This document shows positions 18,325 through 27,082 of a DNA stretch of 64,000 nucleotides, in pieces. The position numbers were made by a program, and so were the translations under genes. Below the pieces are notes generated by a model. It did no database searches, was not told the DNA's origin, and worked only from the letters and a program-made list of their open reading frames with translations. This DNA comes from an uncultured Ignavibacteriales bacterium (lineage in GTDB: Bacteria > Zixibacteria > MSB-5A5 > GN15 > JAAZOE01). The stretch is taken from contig CAZJWR010000006.1 in NCBI GenBank assembly GCA_964549765.1, positions 36,487 through 100,486 on the forward strand. The letters run 5' to 3'. How positions within the stretch are numbered: the stretch's first letter is position 1; each line of letters begins with the position of its first letter.

Positions 18325-18351
18325 TCCCACCCGCGCCCGGCGCGGGTGGGA
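18325..18351. repeat. REP-like GC-rich hairpin, copy 1 (ATCCCACCCG family)
   Basis: TCCCACCCGCG-CCCGG-CGCGGGTGGGA: 11-bp perfect stem, intergenic after trxB. Arm sequence is shared with 36253-36277. Confidence 0.5.
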
Positions 18352-18617
18352 TGCAGGTGACCGGCATACCATGAGTCCGGGCCATTATCAATCTGCATCG
18401 ACCCGGATATTGCATTAATTCTCCCGCTAAAATGAAACACCGGAATTTCCCGGGATTTACCCTCGCGCCTTCAGGTTGCACGCCATGTTCCGGTCGTATA
18501 CATAATTGCCGATTCGTCCCGCCCTTTGTCTCCAAATTTCCGTTACCGGTTCAACTCTGCCGAGTCGATGCCGATACCCAAGAAGATGACGACGTTGGAC
18601 AATTGGAGGATGGCTTC

Positions 18618-20597
18618 GTGAAGGCGCCGGGAGTGTTACATAGAATTTCATTTCTGGTAATTGCCAATTCGCTGTTTATCTTCGCGACGGTGCTGTTCGT
18701 TGGCATGGAAAACAACCAGGCTAAAATCGACCGCCTGATTCAATATCGCTTCGATTTTATCAGCCAGTATTTCCGCGCCGAGCTGGAGGATCATCGGGAG
18801 GTTTTCGGCAGTCCCGCTCAGCCATTTGTCAGCGACAACGTCACCCTCAACAAAATCTTTCAGCACGCCCGGCGGTCCGTCAACGGGCTCGGCAGCCTGG
18901 CGCTGCTGACCGCGACCGACAGTGACGGCTATGCTGTTCGGGCGGTGGCTTTCCGCGAAACGGTCGATTCATTCGACCCTCAGTTTTGGAATCGAATCGT
19001 CAATGGTGTTGCTCCGGAAGACATCCGGGTCCACGGCATACACGTCGGGCCGCGATTCACGACTCAGTCGGGCGATTTCAAAACAATCTATATTCCGGTT
19101 GATGCCGCTGATCCCCATGAAGTGCTTGCAATCACGTTTGTCCCGGATGAAATCGTCGGCGGCGACGCCAGCTATAATTGGACAATCGTTTTTCTCTTTT
19201 TCGTCATTACGCTCATCACGCTGTTGATTATCAATTTGCTGATCAGGAAGTTCGTCCGGCCGCTGCAACATCTCGTGCAGGGTATGGAGAAAACGGCCGG
19301 GGGCGAAGTGCTCTATAAAATTGAGGGCGTCACCAAAGGGGAGATGGGCCGTGTGGCGTCGGCTTTCAATGCCATGTCGTCAGCCTTGTGGGAAAAACGC
19401 CGACAATTGACCCTCTCAAACCAGAACCTGACCCTGCTCAATCAGCGCCTGACGGAAACGCTTGACGCATTATCCAAGGCCAATGCCAATTTGTCGGAGT
19501 CCCGGGCGTTTCTCTCGAAACTCATCGAAAATGCGCCGTTTGCCGTCATCGCCACCGGCGTCGACCGAAAAGTCCTTATTTTCAGCAAGGCCGCCACGGA
19601 AACATTCGATATCCGCGTCGACCAGGCTCTGGGCCGCGACCTCGAAGAATTTTTCCCGTTCACCCCGGATAAGCTTTTCCCGCAGTCCGGCGACAAACAA
19701 CTGACCCGTGAAGAGGAAATGATTTGCCGGAAACCGAACGGCGACAGCTTCCCGGCCTTGGTGACGAGGGTCTCCATCCGGGAAGGCGGATCGGAGGTCA
19801 GCGCTTATCTGTTCATCATCCGGGATATTTCGGAATCGCGCGGTTTCCAGGAGATGATGATATCCATCGACCGCATGGCGACGCGAGGCGTCATGGCCGG
19901 TGAAATAGCTCACGAAATCAATAATTATCTGGCGATCATCCTCGGTAACGTAGAACTGCTGCCGCTGCTTTTGGCCAAGGGCAAAACCGATAAGGTCGAC
20001 CAGAAATTGGAACTGCTCCGCGCCACCGTCGGCAAAATCCAGCGCTTCTCCGAGGGGCTGATGGGCTATGGCAATGAGGAAGCCGTGTTCGAACCGGGCG
20101 ATTTGAACCAGTTGATCGAGAATCTGGTGACTTTTCTGAGGCCGCAAAACCGGTACGATGGGATAAAATTCGAACTTACACTCTCACCAAAACTGCCGCT
20201 GGTCGAATTCGACAGCACCCAGATGCAGCAACTGCTGGTCAATATGTTCAGCAACGCCGCCGACGCCCTCCGCGAAAAGACTGACAACAGATGTATCGAC
20301 ATAACCACCCGTTGTATGCCCGACTCCGACAAGGTGCAGATCGTGATAGCCGATACCGCCGGGGGCTTGCCCGAAGATTTAAGCGATGTGATTTTCAAGG
20401 ATCGCTATACCGGCCAACGGCGCGGCCGCGGCTTCGGGTTGGTGATCGTCAAGCGTATCATCGACAAGCACGCCGGCGCCATCGAGTATGAATCTCATCC
20501 CGGTGAAGGAACCACCTTCACGATCACTCTGCCGAGATGGGCGGAGGTTGTTCGCGATGAATCGCCGGCTGACGAAACCCGACAAGTTACTTCTTGA
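18618..20597 (+). CDS. Sensor histidine kinase (two TM helices, extracytoplasmic domain, HAMP, PAS, HisKA, HATPase_c)
   Basis: TM segments ISFLVIANSLFIFATVLFVGM and WTIVFLFFVITLITLLIINLLI. H-box AGEIAHEINNYL. N, G1 and G2 boxes (NMFSNAADA, DTAGGLPED, GRGFGLVIVKRI). A GTG at 18618 after GGAGGA is proposed as the start; the ORF-track start is 18432. Confidence 0.85.
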   Translation: MKAPGVLHRISFLVIANSLFIFATVLFVGMENNQAKIDRLIQYRFDFISQYFRAELEDHREVFGSPAQPFVSDNVTLNKIFQHARRSVNGLGSLALLTATDSDGYAVRAVAFRETVDSFDPQFWNRIVNGVAPEDIRVHGIHVGPRFTTQSGDFKTIYIPVDAADPHEVLAITFVPDEIVGGDASYNWTIVFLFFVITLITLLIINLLIRKFVRPLQHLVQGMEKTAGGEVLYKIEGVTKGEMGRVASAFNAMSSALWEKRRQLTLSNQNLTLLNQRLTETLDALSKANANLSESRAFLSKLIENAPFAVIATGVDRKVLIFSKAATETFDIRVDQALGRDLEEFFPFTPDKLFPQSGDKQLTREEEMICRKPNGDSFPALVTRVSIREGGSEVSAYLFIIRDISESRGFQEMMISIDRMATRGVMAGEIAHEINNYLAIILGNVELLPLLLAKGKTDKVDQKLELLRATVGKIQRFSEGLMGYGNEEAVFEPGDLNQLIENLVTFLRPQNRYDGIKFELTLSPKLPLVEFDSTQMQQLLVNMFSNAADALREKTDNRCIDITTRCMPDSDKVQIVIADTAGGLPEDLSDVIFKDRYTGQRRGRGFGLVIVKRIIDKHAGAIEYESHPGEGTTFTITLPRWAEVVRDESPADETRQVTS

Positions 20598-20629
20598 CAT
20601 CATCGCCCGCCGAGGCGTACTTATTCCCG

Positions 20630-22660
20630 ATGAGTCCAAGCCGCGTGTCATCGCTTCTGGCGCATATTCGTCTGCGCTATCTCATCCTGGTCATCATCGT
20701 CCTGGGATTGATCTTCTTCGCCCTGACCTATCTCGGCATCAGGCGAGCGCGGCAATCGCTTTTGAAAATTATGGTCGACGAAGGCAAGGCCCTGGTGGCG
20801 AGCCTGACGCTGTCGTCGAATAACGCCATCCAGTCCGGCCTGCTTCTCGAAACACTGTCCGAACAGAAATTCGCCGATATCGCCAAACGGGCGTCCGAAC
20901 GGTTGCAGAACGGCATGACGCCCCAGAACATGCGCGATATCACGCGCGATAACGATCTGCTATCATTCGATCTTCTCACGCCGGATCTGGCTGTCATCGC
21001 CTCGGATCGCTGGGCCGAGGGCTATTCACCCGAATATCCGCCCGAAGTGCGCGCGGAGATCGTCGATATTCAGGAGACCGGTGGAGGATACCGGTCGGTA
21101 ACGGTTGTTCCCGCCGATACTGCCTCGCCGCTGATCCAATATTTCATTTACCCCGTCGCCCCGGATGGCGACATCATCGTGATGTCGGCCGAGGCGGAAT
21201 ATTTCAATCAGATTATGCAGCAGATCGGCATCGGTTATCTGATACGGGAAATTTCCAATCAATCCGGCATCGAGTACATTTTTCTTCAGAGCCGCGACGG
21301 GATCATCTTTTCGTCGCGGCCGTTGTCGCCGATCCTCAAGATCGAAAGCGATCCCTTCCTCAATTCCCTGATGGACACCGACACTATCGGCTGGCGGATT
21401 CACTTGTTTCAGGACGATGAGGTGCTCGAAATCGCCCGCCGCTTCGAATCGGTCAAATATCCGCCGGGAATATACCGCATCGGCATGAGCCTGAAGGAAT
21501 TTAATGAGATTTCACGCGGCTACGACCGGGGGATAATCATCACCGCTATCGTCCTGTTCGTATTGACTCTTTTGGTCGTGGCGGTGGTGTCGGTCAATCA
21601 AAATTACTTCATTCTCGATCAATCGTATCGCCGCATACGATCCATGACCGACACGATCTTCGACCGGCTGTCCAGCGCCGTGCTGGCCTACGACGGCGAC
21701 GGGCGCATTATCGCCGTCAACAATGCCCTGACGCAATTGACCGGATTGACGTCCGACTCCATCGGCACGCCGATAGCCGCCGTCGCGAAAAAACTCCAGT
21801 TCGATCTTCCTGAAAGATTGGCTCCCGGCGAACGATTGATCGGCGTCGAACATGCCGTCACTGCCCCATCCGGTGAACGACGCATCATCATGGCCGGCGT
21901 ATCGTCGCTTCCACAAGATGCCGGCGGCGGAGGCGTGGTGCTGATCCATGATATCACCGAGCAGAAGCATCTGGAAGAAGAAAGTCGCCGCCGTGAACGG
22001 CTGTCCGAGATGGGCGACATGGCGGCGGGCGTGGCGCATGAAATCCGCAATCCGCTGAACGCTATCTCAATCGCCACCCAGCGGCTCAAGATGGAGTTCG
22101 AACCGAAGGGCGAAAACGAGGAATACGACCGCCTGACCAAAAATATCCTCGATGAAACGACGCGCTTGAATCAGATCCTGACGCGGTTCCTGGATCTGGC
22201 CAAGACGCGCGCCGCCGAGGATCGTCCCATTGACTTGAGTGCACCGATCCGTCGGGCGGTTGACAGTCTGGCGGATGAAGCCGAGAGCGGCGGCGCGACG
22301 ATCAATTATCCATCGCATGATGCCGTCCGCGTCCGGGCCGCCGAAGAAAAGCTCCAGCAGGTGTTTATCAATCTCATCAAAAACAGCATCCAGGCAATGC
22401 CGGATGGGGGAGAGGTGACCATCGCGGTCGATACTTCCGATTCGAGCCGCGTGGTCATTGCCGTCGTCGATACCGGTCCGGGATTTCCGCCGGGGGTGTC
22501 GTCGAAGATATTCCAGCCGTATTTCACGACCAAGGCCGACGGATCGGGATTGGGTTTAGCGCTGGCATACAAGACGATCATCGACTACGGCGGCAGCCTC
22601 GAGGCATCAAGCAATCCCGCCGGCGGCGCCCGCATCGCCATCACCTTGCCGCGCGCGTGA
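20630..22660 (+). CDS. Sensor histidine kinase (large extracytoplasmic domain, PAS, HisKA, HATPase_c)
   Basis: TM segments LILVIIVLGLIFFALTYLG and IIITAIVLFVLTLLVVAVVSV. H-box AAGVAHEIRNPLNAI. DTGPGFPP and GSGLGLALAYK ATP-lid motifs. Alternative TTG start at 20594 overlaps the upstream stop. Confidence 0.85.
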   Translation: MSPSRVSSLLAHIRLRYLILVIIVLGLIFFALTYLGIRRARQSLLKIMVDEGKALVASLTLSSNNAIQSGLLLETLSEQKFADIAKRASERLQNGMTPQNMRDITRDNDLLSFDLLTPDLAVIASDRWAEGYSPEYPPEVRAEIVDIQETGGGYRSVTVVPADTASPLIQYFIYPVAPDGDIIVMSAEAEYFNQIMQQIGIGYLIREISNQSGIEYIFLQSRDGIIFSSRPLSPILKIESDPFLNSLMDTDTIGWRIHLFQDDEVLEIARRFESVKYPPGIYRIGMSLKEFNEISRGYDRGIIITAIVLFVLTLLVVAVVSVNQNYFILDQSYRRIRSMTDTIFDRLSSAVLAYDGDGRIIAVNNALTQLTGLTSDSIGTPIAAVAKKLQFDLPERLAPGERLIGVEHAVTAPSGERRIIMAGVSSLPQDAGGGGVVLIHDITEQKHLEEESRRRERLSEMGDMAAGVAHEIRNPLNAISIATQRLKMEFEPKGENEEYDRLTKNILDETTRLNQILTRFLDLAKTRAAEDRPIDLSAPIRRAVDSLADEAESGGATINYPSHDAVRVRAAEEKLQQVFINLIKNSIQAMPDGGEVTIAVDTSDSSRVVIAVVDTGPGFPPGVSSKIFQPYFTTKADGSGLGLALAYKTIIDYGGSLEASSNPAGGARIAITLPRA

Positions 22661-22678
22661 GGGGAACTATGAATTATC

Positions 22679-22707
22679 TTGACTCAATACGGGAACCCGA
22701 ATAAAAT
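22679..22707 (+). promoter_or_regulatory. sigma70-like promoter candidate
   Basis: TTGACT (22679-22684), 17-nt spacer, TAAAAT (22702-22707), upstream of the cupin-like ORF. Confidence 0.45.
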
Positions 22708-22813
22708 TGCCAATGGAGAACTCGGATGTTGTGAATCTTATCCGGGGTATTTTGAAAAAATAGGGCCAGTCATCGGGTCATAGACGTCATTATCGAATAC
22801 TATTCGGTAAAGA

Positions 22814-23209
22814 GTGGATGGAGGCAGAGGATTGCAATATACTGGCTTATACGCCGACAAGGCCGGCGAATCCCACTTCGAAGATATAACTCCACGCTTC
22901 AAGCCAGCCTTTTTTGCGCCACCGGCGCCGCCTCTGGACATATCAGAATTTGGCCGGGCTGAGAGCTGCTCAATTATCCGGGCGAATGAAGGCTGGTACG
23001 GCGATTGGCATCCGGCTCCATTTCGACAATTACATTTCTATCTATCCGGCATGGTTGAAGCGGAAACGTCTGACGGCGAGACCCGCCGTTTCGGTTCAGG
23101 CGATATCATACTGGTCGAAGACACCGCAGGCCAGGGGCACCGAAGCCAGGTGATAGGTTCCGGCGATGTGTTGATTGCCATTGTCAAACTGGCTGGGACG
23201 AAACAATAA
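22814..23209 (+). CDS. Cupin-fold protein (hypothetical)
   Basis: 131-aa ORF with a beta-rich C-terminal half (GDIILVEDTAGQGHRSQVIGSGDVLIAIV) resembling a cupin barrel. The start is uncertain (GTG 22814 or TTG 22832 after GGAGGCAGAGGA). Confidence 0.55.
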   Translation: MDGGRGLQYTGLYADKAGESHFEDITPRFKPAFFAPPAPPLDISEFGRAESCSIIRANEGWYGDWHPAPFRQLHFYLSGMVEAETSDGETRRFGSGDIILVEDTAGQGHRSQVIGSGDVLIAIVKLAGTKQ

Positions 23210-23366
23210 GACCGCCCCAACTCCCCGACGGGTGGCCTGCCCGCTGCCGCGGTCCGGATTACATTGCATCCCATTAAGCAGTGAGGGCAAATGCGCCCGA
23301 CGCCGGCCACTAATGGCATGAACAAATTCTCCGCGTGCTCGTCTTTATTGAAAAGGAGGACGAAAT

Positions 23367-23912
23367 ATGAATCCCGGCCGCCGATTACTCATACTCGCCA
23401 GCATACTTTTGTGCATCGTCATAACCGCACAGGCCGGGGAACCTGATACTGCACTGGTATCGGTTGATATAGCCAAGCTGTCCCTTGATACGGAATCCTA
23501 TTGCTATTTCGGGCATGGCCAGTTTCTGTCCATGCGAAGCTGTCATTGTCCCTGGATTTGTCTGGAGGCGGACACGTGCACTTTTAATCCGGCGGATAGC
23601 ATTCTCCATTTGGTCGGCTCTTTATATGACTGCATGCAGCATACCGACTACTCCAAAATGTCATTTGAGGCTATTTCCGGGGCACTCGTCCGGAAATATC
23701 TGAATGAACCGGCCGATTCCACGGAGATGGCATCGCATCCTGATGGTTGGGTACGACAGGATATTGAGTATGGTTCGGCGTTCGTCTTGGATGTCAAAGT
23801 GACTCCCGACAGTTATCTTGCCATCGTGCAGGCGGTTCCCGACACGACCTCCTTAGTTCCGATGATGACGTGCGAGATTTTTAAGATATGCGAGCTGCTG
23901 CCGGATAAATAG
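23367..23912 (+). CDS. Secreted hypothetical protein
   Basis: AGGAGGA RBS and signal peptide MNPGRRLLILASILLCIVITAQAG. No recognisable domain; several Cys residues. Confidence 0.55.
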   Translation: MNPGRRLLILASILLCIVITAQAGEPDTALVSVDIAKLSLDTESYCYFGHGQFLSMRSCHCPWICLEADTCTFNPADSILHLVGSLYDCMQHTDYSKMSFEAISGALVRKYLNEPADSTEMASHPDGWVRQDIEYGSAFVLDVKVTPDSYLAIVQAVPDTTSLVPMMTCEIFKICELLPDK

Positions 23913-23952
23913 TTGAGCAGATCATAACCCCTTTGAGATTTTTCGGGTGACT

Positions 23953-23970
23953 TGCCCGCCGCGGCGGGCA
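23953..23970 (+). terminator. GC-rich palindromic hairpin after 23367-23912 gene
   Basis: TGCCCGCCGCGGCGGGCA is a perfect 18-nt palindrome 40 nt after the stop codon. There is no clear T-run. Confidence 0.4.
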
Positions 23971-24008
23971 GGATTGTATTGTACCCTCTACATCACAGCT
24001 CCCTGTTG

Positions 24009-24049
24009 CGTCAGGTCTTGATCCCGCCCTGCGGGATTGTGACCTGACG
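24009..24049. repeat. Compound hairpin (9-bp outer stem, 7-bp inner stem) containing the ATCCCGCCC motif
   Basis: Outer stem CGTCAGGTC/GACCTGACG and inner stem ATCCCGC-CCT-GCGGGAT. Intergenic. Confidence 0.5.
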
Positions 24050-24116
24050 TCGCTCCAAATATATAGCGAATCGATGCAGTTTGTGTCGCCGCGCCCTTAT
24101 ATAGAGGCTCCGAGGT

Positions 24117-24139
24117 GGCGGGATCACACGGATCCCGCC
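24117..24139. repeat. Hairpin containing the GATCCCGCC motif
   Basis: GGCGGGATC-ACACG-GATCCCGCC: 9-bp perfect stem. The arm is related to 24021-24030 and to the ATCCCACCC hairpins at 18325 and 36253. Confidence 0.5.
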
Positions 24140-24277
24140 CTACAAGAAGAAAGGAGCGTATATGCGTACGCCCAAAAGCGTGATCACTCGTACGGTCAGG
24201 AATCCTTTCCTGACTGCGGCAAGTTGTCGCAGTCTGTCGGGAGAGGGTTCCCGACACCACAAGAAATCATCAAAAAT

Positions 24278-24446
24278 GAACAAACGAACCCATTTCGCCA
24301 TAACGCTATGCCGCCCTTACTTGTCCAACGAAATTTTCTATTTTTTTCCCCTCTCCCTCTGGAAGAAGGGCTGGGGGTGAGGGTGTTCTGGGTGACGGTC
24401 GGAGAAAAGCAGTAGATTTGACAAAACGAACCCAATTCGCCGTAAG
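24278..24446. repeat. Imperfect direct repeat pair flanking a CCCTCTCCC/GGGTGAGGG stem element
   Basis: CAAACGAACCCATTTCGCCATAA (24281-24303) versus CAAAACGAACCCAATTCGCCGTAA (24422-24445). Between them, CCCCTCTCCCTCTGGAAGAAGGGCTGGGGGTGAGGGTG (24348-24385) can fold with one mismatch. Confidence 0.45.
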
Positions 24447-24565
24447 TCAATCATGGTGTTAATAGTACAACGAATTTTCGCAATTGAGAACCACAAACCG
24501 CCCTCAAACGTTATCAATATACAGACATATATCCTGTGAATATCGGTTTTAACCGAGGAGGAAAT

Positions 24566-25534
24566 ATGAAACGGATACGGAATCTGGTACGGAATCGGAT
24601 GAGCCGGACGCTGCTTATAACAGGTCTGGCGACGACAGCGATGTTCTTGTGGGGTTGCGGAGGTTATGTGAGCCAAACATACGCCGAAGGCGGCGTGGCG
24701 TCGTATGCCTCGGACGATGTGCAATTTTTGGCGCAGTACGGCGATTGGATCAATGTGTCGCCCTACGGCATGGTGTGGCAGCCGAGCGTTGTCGAGGGAT
24801 GGCAGCCGTTTTACTACGGCCATTGGGACTATACAGAAGACGGCTGGGCGTGGGTGTCCTATGAGCCGTACGGATGGCTCGTCTATCATTACGGATATTG
24901 GGATTTTCAGCCGGGTATCGGATGGTTTTGGATTAGCGGCAATCAATGGTCGCCGGCATGCGTAGACTGGATCACCTACGGTGATTATATCGGATGGGCG
25001 CCGTTGTCCCCACCGGGCGTAAACTGGCCGGAACCGTGGGTGCATCATGACATCGGCGTTTGGAATGTCGTGCGGGTCCGCGACTTCGACCGGGACGACG
25101 TCGGACGGTACCGGATCGTCAAGCCGCCCCGCGCCGGTGAGCTGAGTCAAGCCCGGATGGATCATCATCCGCCGAATGTGCAGATGATCGAAACGCAGAC
25201 GCGACGGAAGATTCCGCGCTTCCCGATCGAACGGCACTCGATGAACATGTCTTTCCGGCAGCCCGAAAGACGGGGGGACGAAGGCGGAGTGAATCCCGCA
25301 CAGGGCGAAGAACATCGACAGCCGGAACAGGGTCAAACCGCCGGACGGGGAAAGCAGGGAGCCGATAATGAACCCCAGCGGATGGTCTTGCCCGACGGTG
25401 AACGAAAACGGGTCGAGAAGCACCGGAGCAAGGTCGAGCGAGAAGTCTTGCAGCGTCACCCGGAGAATCGGGGAGGGGAACAAGATCGCGGCCGGGGCAA
25501 CGAACGAGACCGCGGCGACGGCCACCGGCGATAG
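24566..25534 (+). CDS. Trp/Tyr/Gly-rich lipoprotein with a highly charged Arg/Glu/Gly-rich C-terminal tail (function unknown)
   Basis: GGAGGA RBS, then ATG at 24566. Signal and lipobox: MKRIRNLVRNRMSRTLLITGLATTAMFLWGCGG. Repeated aromatic motifs (YGDWINVSPYGMVWQP, GWQPFYYGHWDYTEDGWAWVSYEPYGWLVYHYGYWDF). The low-complexity tail runs from about 25250. Confidence 0.65.
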   Translation: MKRIRNLVRNRMSRTLLITGLATTAMFLWGCGGYVSQTYAEGGVASYASDDVQFLAQYGDWINVSPYGMVWQPSVVEGWQPFYYGHWDYTEDGWAWVSYEPYGWLVYHYGYWDFQPGIGWFWISGNQWSPACVDWITYGDYIGWAPLSPPGVNWPEPWVHHDIGVWNVVRVRDFDRDDVGRYRIVKPPRAGELSQARMDHHPPNVQMIETQTRRKIPRFPIERHSMNMSFRQPERRGDEGGVNPAQGEEHRQPEQGQTAGRGKQGADNEPQRMVLPDGERKRVEKHRSKVEREVLQRHPENRGGEQDRGRGNERDRGDGHRR

Positions 25535-25746
25535 TCACATGGATCAGGCCGGATGTCAAGGCCGGCGCGACACGGAATATAAACCCACCCGTCCCGCCAA
25601 AACGCGGGACGAGTGGGCCACCGAATCGGTTACTATCAGTTCCGCCCGGTCCTGATCCCGCGCAACCCGCCGTGGCGGATGACCTGCCGGGGGCTGGCAG
25701 GATCGTTCGAATCACTAAAGGGGAGCTTCTGAGACAAATAAAAAAA

Positions 25747-25770
25747 ACGGCCGCAGCAATCTGCGGCCGT
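25747..25770. terminator. Bidirectional intrinsic terminator
   Basis: ACGGCCGCAG-CAAT-CTGCGGCCGT hairpin flanked by AAAAAAA upstream and TTTT downstream. Lies between the convergent 24566 gene and citrate synthase. Confidence 0.65.
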
Positions 25771-25786
25771 TTTGGTATAGCAGAAA

Positions 25787-27082
25787 TTATTGTCGGACGG
25801 GTTCCTTGGCGCCGACTTTCTCCTTCAGCCATTCAGTGGTGCTGGATTTCGGCCGTTCGATCGGCTCGCCCCAGGCGCGAGACACGATCAACTGCGACGC
25901 CATGCCCATGGTACGCGAGACCGAGAAGAGCACGGTGTAATACTCGAACTCCTTCATGCCGTAGTGGTACAGCAGGGAGCCGGAACCGGCGTCGACATTC
26001 GGCCACGGATCGGCGATTTTTTGAATCTGGCGCAGGACGCCGGGAACGACGTCGAAGACCAGCGCGACGGTCTTGAAGACCGGATCGTCGGGGCAATACT
26101 GCTTGCCGAAGGCCAGGAAGGCATCGTAGCGCGGGTCGGTGATACGCAGGACGGCGTGGCCGTAGCCGGGAATCACCTTACCGGAATTCAGCGTGTCCCA
26201 GGCGAACTTCTCGAGCTGTTCTTTGGTGGGAGCGCCTTTGAACTTATCCATGACCTCGATTACCCACTTGAGGCATTCCTGGTTGGCGAGGCCGTGGAGA
26301 GGGCCGGCCAGCCCGTTGAGACCCGCCGAGACGGCGTAATAGGCATCGGACAGAGCCGAGCCGACGCAGTGGCAGGTGTGGGCCGAGACGTTGCCGCCTT
26401 CGTGGTCGCTATGGAGGGTCAGGTAGAGCCGCATCAGTTTGGCGAAATCGCCCTTGGGATCGGGGAGCCCCAGCATGTGGGCGTAGTCGGCGCCCCAGTC
26501 GAGGTTCGGATCGGGAGCGATACGCGGGCCTTTGTTGTAACGCATGCGGTAGACGCCGGCGGCCAACTCGGGCAGACAGGCGAGGATGCGGATGCAGTCT
26601 TCGAGCATGGGCACCCAGTAGTCTTCCTTGCGCATGCCTTTGGTGTAGCCGGCGCGAAACGCCGATTCGCCTTCCATCGCCAGGATACCGGTATCGAGCA
26701 TACACATCGGATGAGAATCTTTCGGCATGGCTTCGAGGACTTTCCAAACATAGCCCGGCACGCCGCCCTTCTCGTTGTATTCCTTCTGCAGGTCTTTGAG
26801 TTCGTCGGCCTTGGGGAGCTCGCCGGTGCACAGCAGCCAGAAAATCTCCTCGGGCATTTTCTCGAACAGGTCCTTGAGCGGATAATTGCGGATGATCAAA
26901 CCTTTATCCGGGGGAACCACCGAGGTGTCACATACCATTGCCCGGACGCCGCGCATGCCGCCGTAAACCTGTTTCAGGTTCACGGTGCTGATTTCCTTGT
27001 CGCCGTGTTCCTTGATGAGGCTGCGGATATCGTCCCGCATTCCGGGGATAATCTTCTCCAGTTTCTCTTTCAATTTAGACAT
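25787..27082 (-). CDS. gltA: Citrate synthase, eukaryotic (mitochondrial)-like type
   Basis: Collinear with pig heart citrate synthase as I recall it: QVYGGMRG, LYLTLHSDHEGGNVSAHT, GLAGPLHGLANQE, PGYGHAVLRITDPRY, PWPNVDAGSG, YYTVLFSVSR. Confidence 0.95.
   Translation of the reverse strand: MSKLKEKLEKIIPGMRDDIRSLIKEHGDKEISTVNLKQVYGGMRGVRAMVCDTSVVPPDKGLIIRNYPLKDLFEKMPEEIFWLLCTGELPKADELKDLQKEYNEKGGVPGYVWKVLEAMPKDSHPMCMLDTGILAMEGESAFRAGYTKGMRKEDYWVPMLEDCIRILACLPELAAGVYRMRYNKGPRIAPDPNLDWGADYAHMLGLPDPKGDFAKLMRLYLTLHSDHEGGNVSAHTCHCVGSALSDAYYAVSAGLNGLAGPLHGLANQECLKWVIEVMDKFKGAPTKEQLEKFAWDTLNSGKVIPGYGHAVLRITDPRYDAFLAFGKQYCPDDPVFKTVALVFDVVPGVLRQIQKIADPWPNVDAGSGSLLYHYGMKEFEYYTVLFSVSRTMGMASQLIVSRAWGEPIERPKSSTTEWLKEKVGAKEPVRQ

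Noticed and set aside
24162-24380. 72-aa ORF with a good AAGGAG RBS
   Set aside because: I did not call it as a CDS. The product is very basic with no domain, and its 3-prime part is simply the translation of the repeat and stem elements (…PLSLWKKGWG). It is kept only as part of the intergenic-region finding.
24338-25525. 395-aa ORF on the minus strand opposite the Trp-rich lipoprotein gene
   Set aside because: It has no RBS or signal features. The plus-strand frame has a GGAGGA RBS, a lipobox signal peptide and a repeat architecture. The minus frame is P/R/S-rich and low-complexity.
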